NCBI GenBank assembly: GCA_043228905.1
Contig: JBHGNT010000006.1
Location: 18,414,001-18,478,000, forward strand
Reading direction: 5' to 3'
Length of the DNA stretch: 64,000 nt
From: Azolla caroliniana
Lineage: Eukaryota; Plantae; Polypodiophyta
A program made the position numbers and the translations under genes. This document shows positions 24,601-35,700 of the stretch, one piece after another; within the stretch, counting starts at the first letter, position 1; each line of letters opens with the position of its first letter. The notes under the pieces are model-generated. The model was not told the origin of the DNA. It saw only the letters and a list, made by a program, of their open reading frames with translations, and searched no databases.

Positions 24601-26924
24601 GCAGCACCTTCTCGCAGTCGCCAATGTGTGTCGCCACGAATTTCCGACATCCATCCGGTCCGATCATTTCGTCCTTTTCCTCCACCGGACATCCCTTGAT
24701 CAGGATGTCGTCCAAGAATGGCATGGTGATGTCCGGGATACAATCCCTCAGCACCTTGTTCATCGCATTCACCATGTGGGCCACCGAGTTCGTCCCTCCT
24801 TGCGGCAGGGTACACATCCGCACTAGGCCGAGAGGAGTCCACATCGTCGTAATGTCTCTACTCTAAACGGCTAGTTGGAACTGATCATACCCCGAGTACA
24901 GATCACTGACCGAGTAGATCGACCTTCCGGCGAAGGCCTATCCGAACTCGTCTATCGTTGGTCCGATTCCTGCGTTCCGAATGGTCACTCTGTTGACCGG
25001 TTGCAGGTCTTGAATGAAGCGCAACGTCCCGTTCTTCTTCGGTACTGTAAACCATCGGTTCGAGTACGGGGCACTCGACGGTTCGAGGATGCCCAAATCG
25101 ACTTTCTGCCTTAACAGCTCCATCAACTCCGGGATGTGAGCTCTCGGTACCGGAATTGGTTTGAGATTCCACGGCACATGCGGTATCGTGAATATCACTA
25201 TCTACTTCACGACTGTCGGGTCTACGCACCCGATCTCTCCCGGTGAGAATGCGAAGGCTTTCCCGTGCCTTCCGAGCATTCTCCAAAACCGGTCTTCTTC
25301 CGCCGGCAGTAGGAGCCCGCCCCCACCGACTTTGAGCTCCCGTAGTGTTCTATTGGTGAAGGCGTGTCCTATGCAGGCCGGATCTCGTAAACTGGGGTCC
25401 GACACGACCCCCTTGATTCGCAACTTGCTGGCCTCCGGTAAGGGTGCCGCGACTGGCCTTACCTTCCGGTCCACAGTCTTGTACTTCGTGTCAACCCGGG
25501 CCGTCCAATCCGACTCGAGCCCTCGACTGAAGTCCACGATAACTTTGTACATCTCTTCTGAACAAACCGGTATCGTCCGGTCCTCTTTAAGGCCTTCTCC
25601 GACCACCTCTCGCAGTATTCCCAAGGTATCGTCGAAGGAGACCGCCTCCACGGCTCCGTTGATTTCCTCGCTGGGCCCGAGAACTCCGCACTCCCGAAGT
25701 TGGTCTTCCGCCTTTGTCTTTTCTCGGCCAACGACGCCGACTATCGTACACCCTCCGTTGTCGGAGAAACAAAACTTCCTACTTATGGTACAAGGTTTCT
25801 TCGGTTTCGCCTCTATCGTACATTTGTGGGGTTTTCCCGGAGTGTCCGGACTGTCGCGACCTCACGCCTTGACAACCCTCTCTAAAAATCCTCTCGGTTC
25901 TCGCCACCGAGGGACTCGCGGTTTCGCTCGTGGTTTTGTCGCACCGTCAGGAACTGGACCGAATGACGCCCGTCCTGACTCTTGACCCTCGCGTAAGCCG
26001 ACCCGTTGTCCAGCACCTTGGTTTCCATCCGCGCTGCCGTAATGTATGGTTCTCCCAGTATGACCGGGTGCAAGGACGTCTCCTGCACAAAGAAGTGCTA
26101 GTCTATCTCGACGTCGCCGATCTTGACTCGCACGTTTGGGCAGGCCCCGTGTAGTTCCTCGGTGGCGCGCGTCGCCGCCTATGTCTTCCACCCGTGCTTG
26201 GTGTTGATCGGCCATTTCCCCTTTTTGTAGAAGTCCATGGACATCAGGTTTATTTCCGAACCGTGGTCCACTAGCGCCACCACCGGTTCCTGAACATCTC
26301 CGATCTTCACCAGGGTTTCCGTGGTTGCTCGGGCCCAGTGTGGCCTCGAATAGTGGCTCTCTGCCCACTCGTCTTCCATCGCCATGTCCACCATGTGCGT
26401 CGTCGGCATCTCCACCGGCCTTTCCGGTTCTGCCTCCGTCGACAGCCTCTTCCTCTTCACCAAGTCTACGATGGAGTCATGGAACTCCTTCTTGGTGATT
26501 CCGAGCACCTCCCGCAACGACAGTTCCACCTTGCTATCGAGGATTCGTTCTTCCAGGACCTTTCATAGGTCCGTGGTCCTTTCGATCACCGTGCCCAAAC
26601 GGTATCCGCCCTTCTTGTGGTTATCCCAAGCACTGGACTCACTGGCCTCGTTCCGTTTCGGCCCGAATCGGGTTTCGTATCTCTGTGAGGGTCTGGCCCC
26701 TTCGGTTTTACCTACCCGTTTGTCTTCAACCAGAGCCTCGTAGTTCTGGCAAGCTGCTTCGACGAACCCCGTCTTTTCTTCGACTGGGTCACTCCACCCG
26801 GTTACCTCTTGAACCCGATTCTCCGCGTTGTCCGCCTCGTCTTTCTTTAGTCGGGCACCGGCGAGGCTTTCCAGCACCATCGGCCAGAACCCGGCTTTGC
26901 TCTCCTTCCGGGCCTCGCTACGAA
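21664..26924 (-). mobile_element. Ty3/gypsy element, Trp-PBS family by LTR similarity: 3' LTR 21664-22311, PPT 22312-22324, INT-RH-RT-protease and gag remnant; 5' end missing
   Basis: LVDHGSEIN protease, LPQGGTNS and PFLDDILIKG RT, TDCLP RNase H, HHCC plus EANGKLERGH integrase, WFGPY module; several stops. Confidence 0.92.
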
Positions 26925-29825
26925 CCTGCCCCCAACTACGAACCTCGACTCCCATCCGAGCTCTGACGATGAGGTCAGCGAGGCCGAGATGCCTCCGGAT
27001 GTGCCCGAAATCGAGACCCGCGAAGAGAGTCCGATTTCACTTCGGTTAAGTGGACCGAGTGGACGACTGAGTCTGTACGACCAGTTCGATGAAGAGCCGG
27101 TGAGTAGTGGAGACTCAGCCGTGCATTCCCCGCGCAAGAAGCCGAGGAGACGGCTTATGCGCAAAGAAAAAGGGAAGAAGAAGGTGTCGGATTCCGGCAC
27201 GGAAAGGAACGAGTCAGACCGACGCGAGTCCGACTCTGAGGGAACCGGTGACAGGTCTTTAAAGATGAAGACGGCGTCGACCGAGAAGGCTGACATCGGC
27301 TAATGTGAGATTACGCCGATCTACCCGCCAAAAGAACCCAGTTGTGCGGTTCGGTTACAACGAGTACATGGCGCATCATTATGCGTACATGACCCGTGTA
27401 GCGGAAGTGCGTGAGCCGGAGAGCTACGCAGAGGCGGCTAAAGACGCGAATTGGCGTGCCGCGATGGAGGAAGAGATACACGCATTGGCGGAGAACGAGA
27501 CATGGGACCTAGTTGACGCACCAAAGGGTGTGAAGCCGATCGGGTGTAGGTGGGTTTACAAGGTCAAGTACAACACCGATGGCTCGGTCAACCGGTACAA
27601 GGCTCGGCTAGTGGCAAAGGCCTACGCGTAGAAACATGACATCGACTACGATGAGACGTTTGCGCCGGTCGCGAAAATGACGACCGTCCGTGTTTTGCTC
27701 GCAGTAGCTGTGGCGAAGGGGTGGCACTTACATCAGATGGATGTAAAGAATGCGTTCCTGCAAGGTGACCTTGAGGAACAGGTGTACATGGTACAACCCC
27801 CCGGATCTCACTCCGGAACGAACTCCTCGGCAGTATGCCGACTAAAGAAGTCCCTTTACGGACTGAAGCAAGCCCCGCGTGCCTGGAATGCGAAGATCAC
27901 GCAACAACTGCGTCAGATGGGTTTCGTCACGTCAAAATCAGACTCTTCCCTGTTCATCCGGAAAGGTCGACTCGGATTGGTTAGTATTTTACTGTATGTT
28001 GATGACTTGGTCATCACCGGCGCCGACCTAGGTGAAATCGACCGCGTAAAGCTCCAGCTTGTGGCATCGTTCGACATGAAGGATCGAAGTGATCCGTACC
28101 CCCGAAGGCATATTGATCAGCCAACGTCACTACGTGCTGAGTATGCTCTTCAAATTCGGGATGGCCGACTGTAAGTCCGTCTCGACTCCTCTGGCCAGAA
28201 CCGTCAAGCTTCGTCCCGATACGGGAAAGGTATGCGACCCGACGAGGTTCCGACAAATTGTCGGAAGCCTCATATACTTGACCATCACCCGACCCGACCT
28301 CAGTTATCCGGTCGGGGTGATCAGTCAGTTCATGGCGCGACCTACCGTGGAGCACCTTCAGTGCGCGCAACGCATACTTCGGTATGTCAACGACACTAAG
28401 GACCGGGGACTGCTATATCGGACCGGTGCAGCCGCGCAGTTAGTCGGCTACACCGATGCTGATTGGGCTGGCAACGCCGTCGATCGCCGATCCACGTCTG
28501 GATACGCGTTCTCCCTAGGGAGTGCCGCGATCGCGTGGAGCAGTAAGAAGCAGCCGAAAGTTGCCCTGTCGAGCACCGAAGCTGAGTACCGAGGAGCGGC
28601 TGTTGCGACATGCGAAGCCATATGGTTGAAGCGGCTACTTAAGGACCTGCAAGAGGAGTTGTCAGATCCAACGACGATCTACTGTGACAACCTCAGCAGC
28701 ATCCAGCTCGCGAAAAACCCCGTTTTCCACGCACGGACCAAGCACATTGAGGTGCACTACCATTTCGTCCATGAGTGTGTCCTTTCCGGTGAAGTCAAAC
28801 TTCAGTACGTTCCGACGGATCGGCAGACTGCCGACATCTTCACCAAGCCTCTTGGTCTGGACAAGTTGCGGCAATTCTCAGGTGCGCTCGGGTTGCGTCA
28901 CCTTGACGTGCCGAACTTGAGGGGGAGAACAGTCCCGAACGACCAAGCAAAGCAACAGGAAAGGAGCGGACACCGCAACACCGAGTTGGTTGTCGAGTTC
29001 GACATCGGATCGGCTGAAGAAGCCGAGGGCGGACCCGCGGAAAGGTTCGGAAGTAGACAGAAGGGGAGCAACCGAAGGAGAGAGCTGATGCCAACCACGC
29101 ATGGGGAAGATAACGCCATCGAGGGCGAGAAGACCGAAGACGAGTTGGAGACAGCCAACTCGGACGAGAGCGAAAACCGATCGGAGGTAGCCGAGTCAGT
29201 TCAGATGTTTGATTCAGACACGCTGAATCAACAGAGGCCCAAGCGGAAGAAAAGGCAGCAGGAGAGGCGTCAACACCGCAACAGCAGAAGAGCTAAGGGC
29301 TGCATGAGCAGACAAACCGACCGGAAGGGTCGAAGCACGCGGAGTCGAACAGGTCGAGGAGCGCGAGCGAGCCGTGAAGCCAGGAGGAACCGGTGCTGTG
29401 AAGATCCCGAAGAGCCTCAAGTTGAGCTTGAGGGGGAGTGTTGAGAGACAAGCTCAACATCGGCCGGATCGGCTGAAGAAGCCGAGGACTGGATCGGTTG
29501 GGACCGATCGGTTAGGCCAAGTGCGTAAACCGGGAGGTCGTTAGGAAAGATATTCCGTGAGGAATATATTTGGGAGTTAGTGTAGGGGCTCTTGATGAGC
29601 ATTGAAGTACTGTCAGTACTTCGGTCAGTCCTTTTAGGAATTGTATAAAAGTGCTCACTGAGCACGTCTTATGTACAGAGATTGAGTATTATTGTGAAAT
29701 ATAGTTTTTGTGTTCTCTCTCTCTGTCTCTCCTGCGTATACCGTGTAAGCTCAAGCTCCCCATTAAACCTACGTTTCCTTCCTCTGTTCTGTCTTCATAC
29801 CTGCTTCCGCACGCTACTTTCTACA
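26925..29825 (+). mobile_element. 3' half of a copia family B-like element: linker, RT, RNase H plus tail, 3' LTR 29439-29825
   Basis: RT and RH motifs, PPT GAGGGGGAG, TGTTG...TACA LTR. Confidence 0.92.
28089..29444 (+). CDS. Open RT C-terminus, RNase H and ~170-aa charged extension
   Basis: 451-aa ORF; YTDADWAG...QTADIFTK followed in frame by an acidic/basic tail ending QVELEGEC. Confidence 0.8.
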   Translation: MIRTPEGILISQRHYVLSMLFKFGMADCKSVSTPLARTVKLRPDTGKVCDPTRFRQIVGSLIYLTITRPDLSYPVGVISQFMARPTVEHLQCAQRILRYVNDTKDRGLLYRTGAAAQLVGYTDADWAGNAVDRRSTSGYAFSLGSAAIAWSSKKQPKVALSSTEAEYRGAAVATCEAIWLKRLLKDLQEELSDPTTIYCDNLSSIQLAKNPVFHARTKHIEVHYHFVHECVLSGEVKLQYVPTDRQTADIFTKPLGLDKLRQFSGALGLRHLDVPNLRGRTVPNDQAKQQERSGHRNTELVVEFDIGSAEEAEGGPAERFGSRQKGSNRRRELMPTTHGEDNAIEGEKTEDELETANSDESENRSEVAESVQMFDSDTLNQQRPKRKKRQQERRQHRNSRRAKGCMSRQTDRKGRSTRSRTGRGARASREARRNRCCEDPEEPQVELEGEC

Positions 29826-30420
29826 GAAGCTTGCCCGCAACAATAGTTTCAGAGGTTGAGAGGTTCGAAAACGAATTACATCAAGCAAGCGACGGAGACA
29901 ACATCCCACATCGTGGGTCAATGGTAGTTCAAGAGGAAGACACGATGTCATACCTATATCCTAAATACAACGATGAGCTCGATGCAGATGTGCATGTGCA
30001 CGCTTTCCTTACTGCATGGCAGACAAATCACGTATCTCAACAACTGGTAGCAATCGATGTAGATGCGTCGAAGATCACCGAATTCGGTTTATCATTGGAG
30101 GGTCAATCTACGAATTGATATTTGCATCACGACCTAGACAAATCCATGTCTTTCAAACAACTCACGAAGAAATTCGCCGATTATTTCATCGACGAATAAC
30201 ATAGCGAGAACTGATGAGTGAGTTCTACACAGGCTATATCAAGAACCCCATGAGTCGGTTCCGCGATACATCATACGATTCCAAAATCTTCGGAGGTAGT
30301 TCGCGCGCCCACGTTTAGAGGAAGATTTAACAAAGACATTTTTTGACAACGCTCTGAGAGCCTTTCTAAACAACTTTGGTAGTACTAGATTTCAAGGAGA
30401 ACACTATTGAGCAAGGCCTA
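29826..30420 (+). pseudogene. Degenerate gypsy-type gag fragment
   Basis: YPKYNDELDADVHVHAFL...EFGLSLEGQS resembles a retrotransposon gag N-terminus. Confidence 0.55.
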
Positions 30421-30898
30421 GGGTTTCTACCTATATAAGAAGGCTAGCTACCTTCTAATCAAGAGAGGCTTGACTTATGTTGAGACTATGACAATGTGGC
30501 TATGGCTCATGTTAACTAAGCATGTGCGATCCTCGTAGGACCCAAGGTACGACTCACATAATCCCTTGATAGTATGGGACATCAAGAAGCTTCGAGTCCA
30601 TCTCATGTTGTTGCTAGGGGGTGGTCGAGTGGTTTTGCACCCCTCATTCCTTTCTTTGGTCAACAATTCTTTATGTTTCACTCAATTAATTAGTTAGACT
30701 CTAACACCATGTGAAACCACATGATCTAGGAGATCAACAAGTATCCCATGTAGACTAGAAGTATCTATTCCTCTACACCACAACAACAATAATTTTTTTT
30801 GTTTGACTCTATAATATCCATAAAGTGCAATGTCGGAACTCAAATATAAGGGCATGCATACTTTCATAACTTTTAGATGAGGATATAATTGAGCAAAC

Positions 30899-31172
30899 CT
30901 AATGTTACAAGTACCATGTTTTGTTGCAAACATAACATTTGATAAAAGTGAACTTTCCAGTGCTAGATTCAAGTATGTAAAACACTCCATATCAAGCATA
31001 TCTACCTAGATTTTAATCTATCAAGGGAAACATATGGTTGAACATCAAGAAACAAAATCTAGAAAAACTAAAGCAAAGCAAGAATCACATAGGAAGAATG
31101 TCTTACCTTATCATTAAATAACACACGTGGTACTAGTTTTGCCATGCCTCGATTGATATAATTATTCAGGAC
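30899..31172 (-). other. Two candidate spliced exons (31107-31172 and ~30899-31005) of an unidentified gene
   Basis: TTTTGTAG acceptor, 66-nt open exon, GTAAG donor, 101-nt T-rich intron, TCTAG acceptor; frame preserved. Confidence 0.4.
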
Positions 31173-32028
31173 CTACAAAAACACTAGTGTTTGATTAGAA
31201 TATAGCTTTTAGGAAATCCTATAACTAAAAATAAATTTATTGTGTTTGGACACATAGGAAAAGATTTTGATTATTTGTATACAAGCTTCAAGAACACATG
31301 CATTTATTATGTTTGAAATGTAATCAATGTCAAATAAATGTAGAACAAAAAAACGAAGACCATATGTGTATGACAAATAATAACGTATACTACTAAAAAA
31401 ATGAGCAATTCATTAGAGGCCAAATGATGAAAAAGCTTGTTCAATACATTTATAGATAGGAGATTACACCATGTCATCTAGCTCTAGGTTGATGTATTAG
31501 GATATTGTAATAAGTGATTCTAGACTCATAGTTAAAACTAAGAATATACTAAACAATAGAGGACATACAAGCATCGTAATTAACCCTATTATTAGTTCAT
31601 TTTACTATTGAGATTAAATGTATTAGTTTATGCATTTGTGAGTTATAGGCTAACCGCACAATCGCTTACCAACACTTATGATTCTTGAACAAATACTTAC
31701 TACAATTGATTAAGAAATCCTGAATTCAGTATGCCGACAACCAATACTTATAGAGCCATTAGAGATTTTATATATATATATGGCGTCTCTATTTTGTCCC
31801 AATCTGTACAGAGTCCCAAATCTGATTGGGTCTCACCAAGGAGCCCAATCCCAATCCGAAAAGGAGTACCACCATGGTCTGTCCCAAATAAGAGTCCCAA
31901 CAAATAGCCCAATGGCTTGTCCCAACAACTAGTCGCAACAACCATATTTGGCCTTATGAAAGGAGCGAACATGCCTTGAAATCACGAATGAACTCCTTCA
32001 AATAATTTAATAAGGGAGATCCTTTTTT

Positions 32029-32790
32029 CTAACAATTGTTGCAAACCAAGCTAATGTTATATTGCTGAGTAATGTGTTTACTAATCCCACTCATGACGCA
32101 TTGGTTGGATATGGGGAAGAATGCATTTATATTGCTAAATGTACTTGGATGAGGAACCCTCAAAACTACGATCGTGTCGCATGGGAAGATTGATTTTTGG
32201 CTCCTTAAGGGTACCTTGAGTTCCCGCTCCTTGTTGTAGAGACACAATAGTTGCTTCTAACCGTTGTATCTGTAATCTCAACTCCTTGTGTTGTTGCTTC
32301 TCTATAGTAACTTGTTGAAGATTAAGCAATAGGCATTGATTTTGTTGTTCTAGCGCCACCAATTTTTCCCTCAAACATTGAAGCTCTGAAAGGATAGATT
32401 GATATTCTTGTGTGCTAACAAAAGCAATTAGAACTAGATAATAAAAGATGACCAAACGAAATTTGGTTCAAACTATAACGATCAAGGGTAAAAGGATGAG
32501 ATAGTGAGAGAGAGAGAGAGAGGAAAAAAGTGAGAAAATATGGTAGTGGATAGGAATAGGGTGGAAGCTTAAGATTGATGTTCAACCAAATTTATTTAGT
32601 TTGAGGAGTACAATATGCCTCTACTTATAAGGCGTTAAGTAGTATTTTTTATTTTTCTTGAACATTCTAGAATATTCATGAATTTTCTATATTATTCTAG
32701 AATGTTTTGGAGTTAGGTGAAATATTTGATGACAATTTTATAATATATTATATTAATTGTCCTATTTATTTCAATAAGCACTTCCTTATA
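32029..32790 (-). mobile_element. Degenerate Tf2/chromovirus-like gag N-terminus with adjacent TTCTAGAA-rich LTR-like sequence
   Basis: Coiled-coil-like stretch plus EPKINLP motif, similar to the 40.7-41.1 kb gag. Confidence 0.6.
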
Positions 32791-32799
32791 CGTAAAGAG

Positions 32800-35700
32800 T
32801 TCAGCTCGACAACATTAGACTAAGGTGGACTGAGGAGGCAATGGAGGAAACGAGCAGCGACCAGAGCAAGAAACAAGCAAAGGATTGAGGAGGCGATGGA
32901 GGAAAAATAGATGATGGCTCTGGTGAAAGGAAAAGCTTCCTTTCATCGTCCTTGATGGCCCTCTCTACCTCTGCGTCAGCAAACCTCTCATCGAATAGTG
33001 CGATCCAGACTGGGATTGGCAATGAATGGGAGGGACAAGGTTAAGTCTTCGGCAACAGGAGGTAGAACGATGCAAGGCGGTAAATGTTAATGCAAGGCCA
33101 AAGCATAGAGAGATGCAACAATCGTTTGGAGATGGCGATGATCAAGCTTCCTCCAGTGGACATAGTAGGAACATGTATGGATCCAAACCCTCCTCAAGCT
33201 GAAATATTAGATACTTGTATGCATTCAGACCCAAAGGACCAGAAGCCGATAGGGGGGAGTTGAACACGACACTTGCCGAAATGAATACCAATGAAATCGT
33301 GGACATTGGAATGATGGAAAAGGAGTTTATTGACTTCGATCTAGTCCAAGAGAAGCTGGTGGAGGAGGACATTGACGAAAGAAAAGGAATCAACCTTTAT
33401 CTTTCTCCAGCCGAGAATCAAAGGTTGGCTGAAGAAGTGGGTAGGTTGTAGTGTTCTTCATTCATATGCCGGCTATTAAGAGGGCACCATAGTAAAGGGT
33501 TGTTAAGGGACATGTTGCAAGCAAGCATCCCTTTTGGGTAAAATGCCCCCTATCTAGAACATTTTGCGAATGGGCCTTAACTATCACCATGGGATCTTAG
33601 AAGAAGGCCATAATGTGCAAAAAATTCTGAACCACAAATGGATTACGCAAGTATGGAAAAGCCATGATTTTGGAATGGAGTCCAGACTTTTGATGCAATG
33701 GAGGAGCAAAAAGTATGGGCACTCCAATGGTCATTACCATATGCTTCCCAGACCTACCCTTCCAACTCCATCATTTGATCCCAAAGCTGGCACACAATAT
33801 TCGGATGGTATGTATAGAGAAATCCTCATTTGCGAATAAGGTTGACGAAATCCCCAAGCTTAAGGTGTTGGTCAGAGACATAAAAGAACTACCAACATAG
33901 ATTAGAGTCCACACAGAGAATTTTGGCCTAAGGGTGGTGAAGGTTGGCTATGAAGGCTTGCCGGGTCAATGCTTTGCATGTAAGGAAATGGGTCATATGG
34001 CCAAACATGGCCCCCTATATTGGAAGAAAAGAGAGGGCAAAGGAAATAAGGGCATCAAATGAAGATACCCGATAACCCAATGTAAGTGATGGGAGGGCAG
34101 AAGGTCCTCGCTTATGATGGGGCGCAAGTCTCAAGGGAAAGAAGGATGGGTAACGCCAAGGAAAGTGGCCAGGTCTAACATTCACAATCTTAAGGGTCCT
34201 CCTACAAGTGACAATTCCAGTTCGACTAGATTCGATATCTTGTCCCAAAGGGAAGAAGAAACCCAAGAGGGCGAGATAATTTTGACGACTCCAATTGATT
34301 TACTTCCAAGAGTCGAGACCCTCGAAACACTCGTAGAGCCCTTTGAAAGCCGGGCCAAGAGATTTTCATCAGACCTAAGAACGGTTAAGGCATGGATTAG
34401 GAAAGGGAATGACAAGGAGAATCATACGGACATGGGTAATAGTGAAGTGTGGAAAATGATTGCTTGGATTGAGGTCGGAAAGCTCTCGATTGTGGGAGTT
34501 GACTTTGTTGTGATGAAAAACTGGCGGATGCAAGGTATGGAGATACCCATTGTCGCAGTGAACATTGGTAATCCCAAGGAAAGAGTTTATGGTTGGAATA
34601 GAGCACATATGGTCCACATCAATGATGACTCTGGTAGACCGAAGATCGGTTGCTCCTTTGAATTGGAGCCTAATTTGGAAGATGGAAGGGGAGAAAAATC
34701 CTCCGTGAAGAGGTTTTGTAACAGGGCAACAATGTATATGCGGTACTTTACATCTAAAAACGAGGCTAAGGGGCTACATGCACAATGGAAGAACTCCCTG
34801 ATACACGGCGAGATTCTGGAACTTGGTCCAAATGTTCCCTTGGTCTGCATATGGAGGGTGCACGATCCTATACTAAATCCTGGTCTATTCCACTTCCATT
34901 GTGGTGAATTACCCATGGATCAAAAATGGGAAATAAGAATGGAGTATGATGAAGATATATTTGTCGAGCAAGGGAAAATCCCCCTTGGCTCTTCTTTTGA
35001 ACCCAAGTCAATGAAACTTATCTCTTGGAATGTGTAGGGACTTGGTGGGTCACATCATTTGCTTGAGAAGCGAATTTTTAGGAAGGAATTTGAAGTTGTT
35101 AGCTTATGTAGGACGATTGATATTTTTCTCTTACAAGAGCATCACTTTGGACAAGAAAGAATAGAACTTTTCAAAGACCCATTGCTAGGTGATTGGCACA
35201 CATGGTGGGCTCCAGCTCACGGTGTGCTAGAGAGAAGAGGTGGAGTCTATATTTCGGTGAGAAAATTGTCGGATATCGCCATTTTGGATCATGGCATACT
35301 GATAGAAGGAAGGTTCATGTTCCACTACCTCAAATGGGGGAATGTGAAATTTGGGGTGCTGAATGTCTATGCACCAAATAGTAGCAGTGAGAGGACCTCA
35401 TTTTTCAGTGAGCTGGGAAACAAAATTCCCTCCTTTGACAACTGGATAGTAGCAGGAGATTTCAACATGACCGAGAGAACCGATGATTGTCTGGGGCTCA
35501 CTCAAACTTTTTATAAGGAGAGGAGCTTAGAGCATGGGCTTTCTTAATTACTCTGCTTGGAATCAGAGATTCTTGGTATTCTAGTATGGTGGTTGAGGAC
35601 AATTCCTTGCGGTTTTGACGATTTGGTTGGAAGGAGTGTGAAGGATGTCACTCTAGATTGGACCACATCTATGTGAGCCCCAGAATTAAGGATTGGAGGG

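Noticed and set aside
25161-25985. 274-aa plus-strand ORF
   Set aside because: Antisense to the gypsy protease-RT linker
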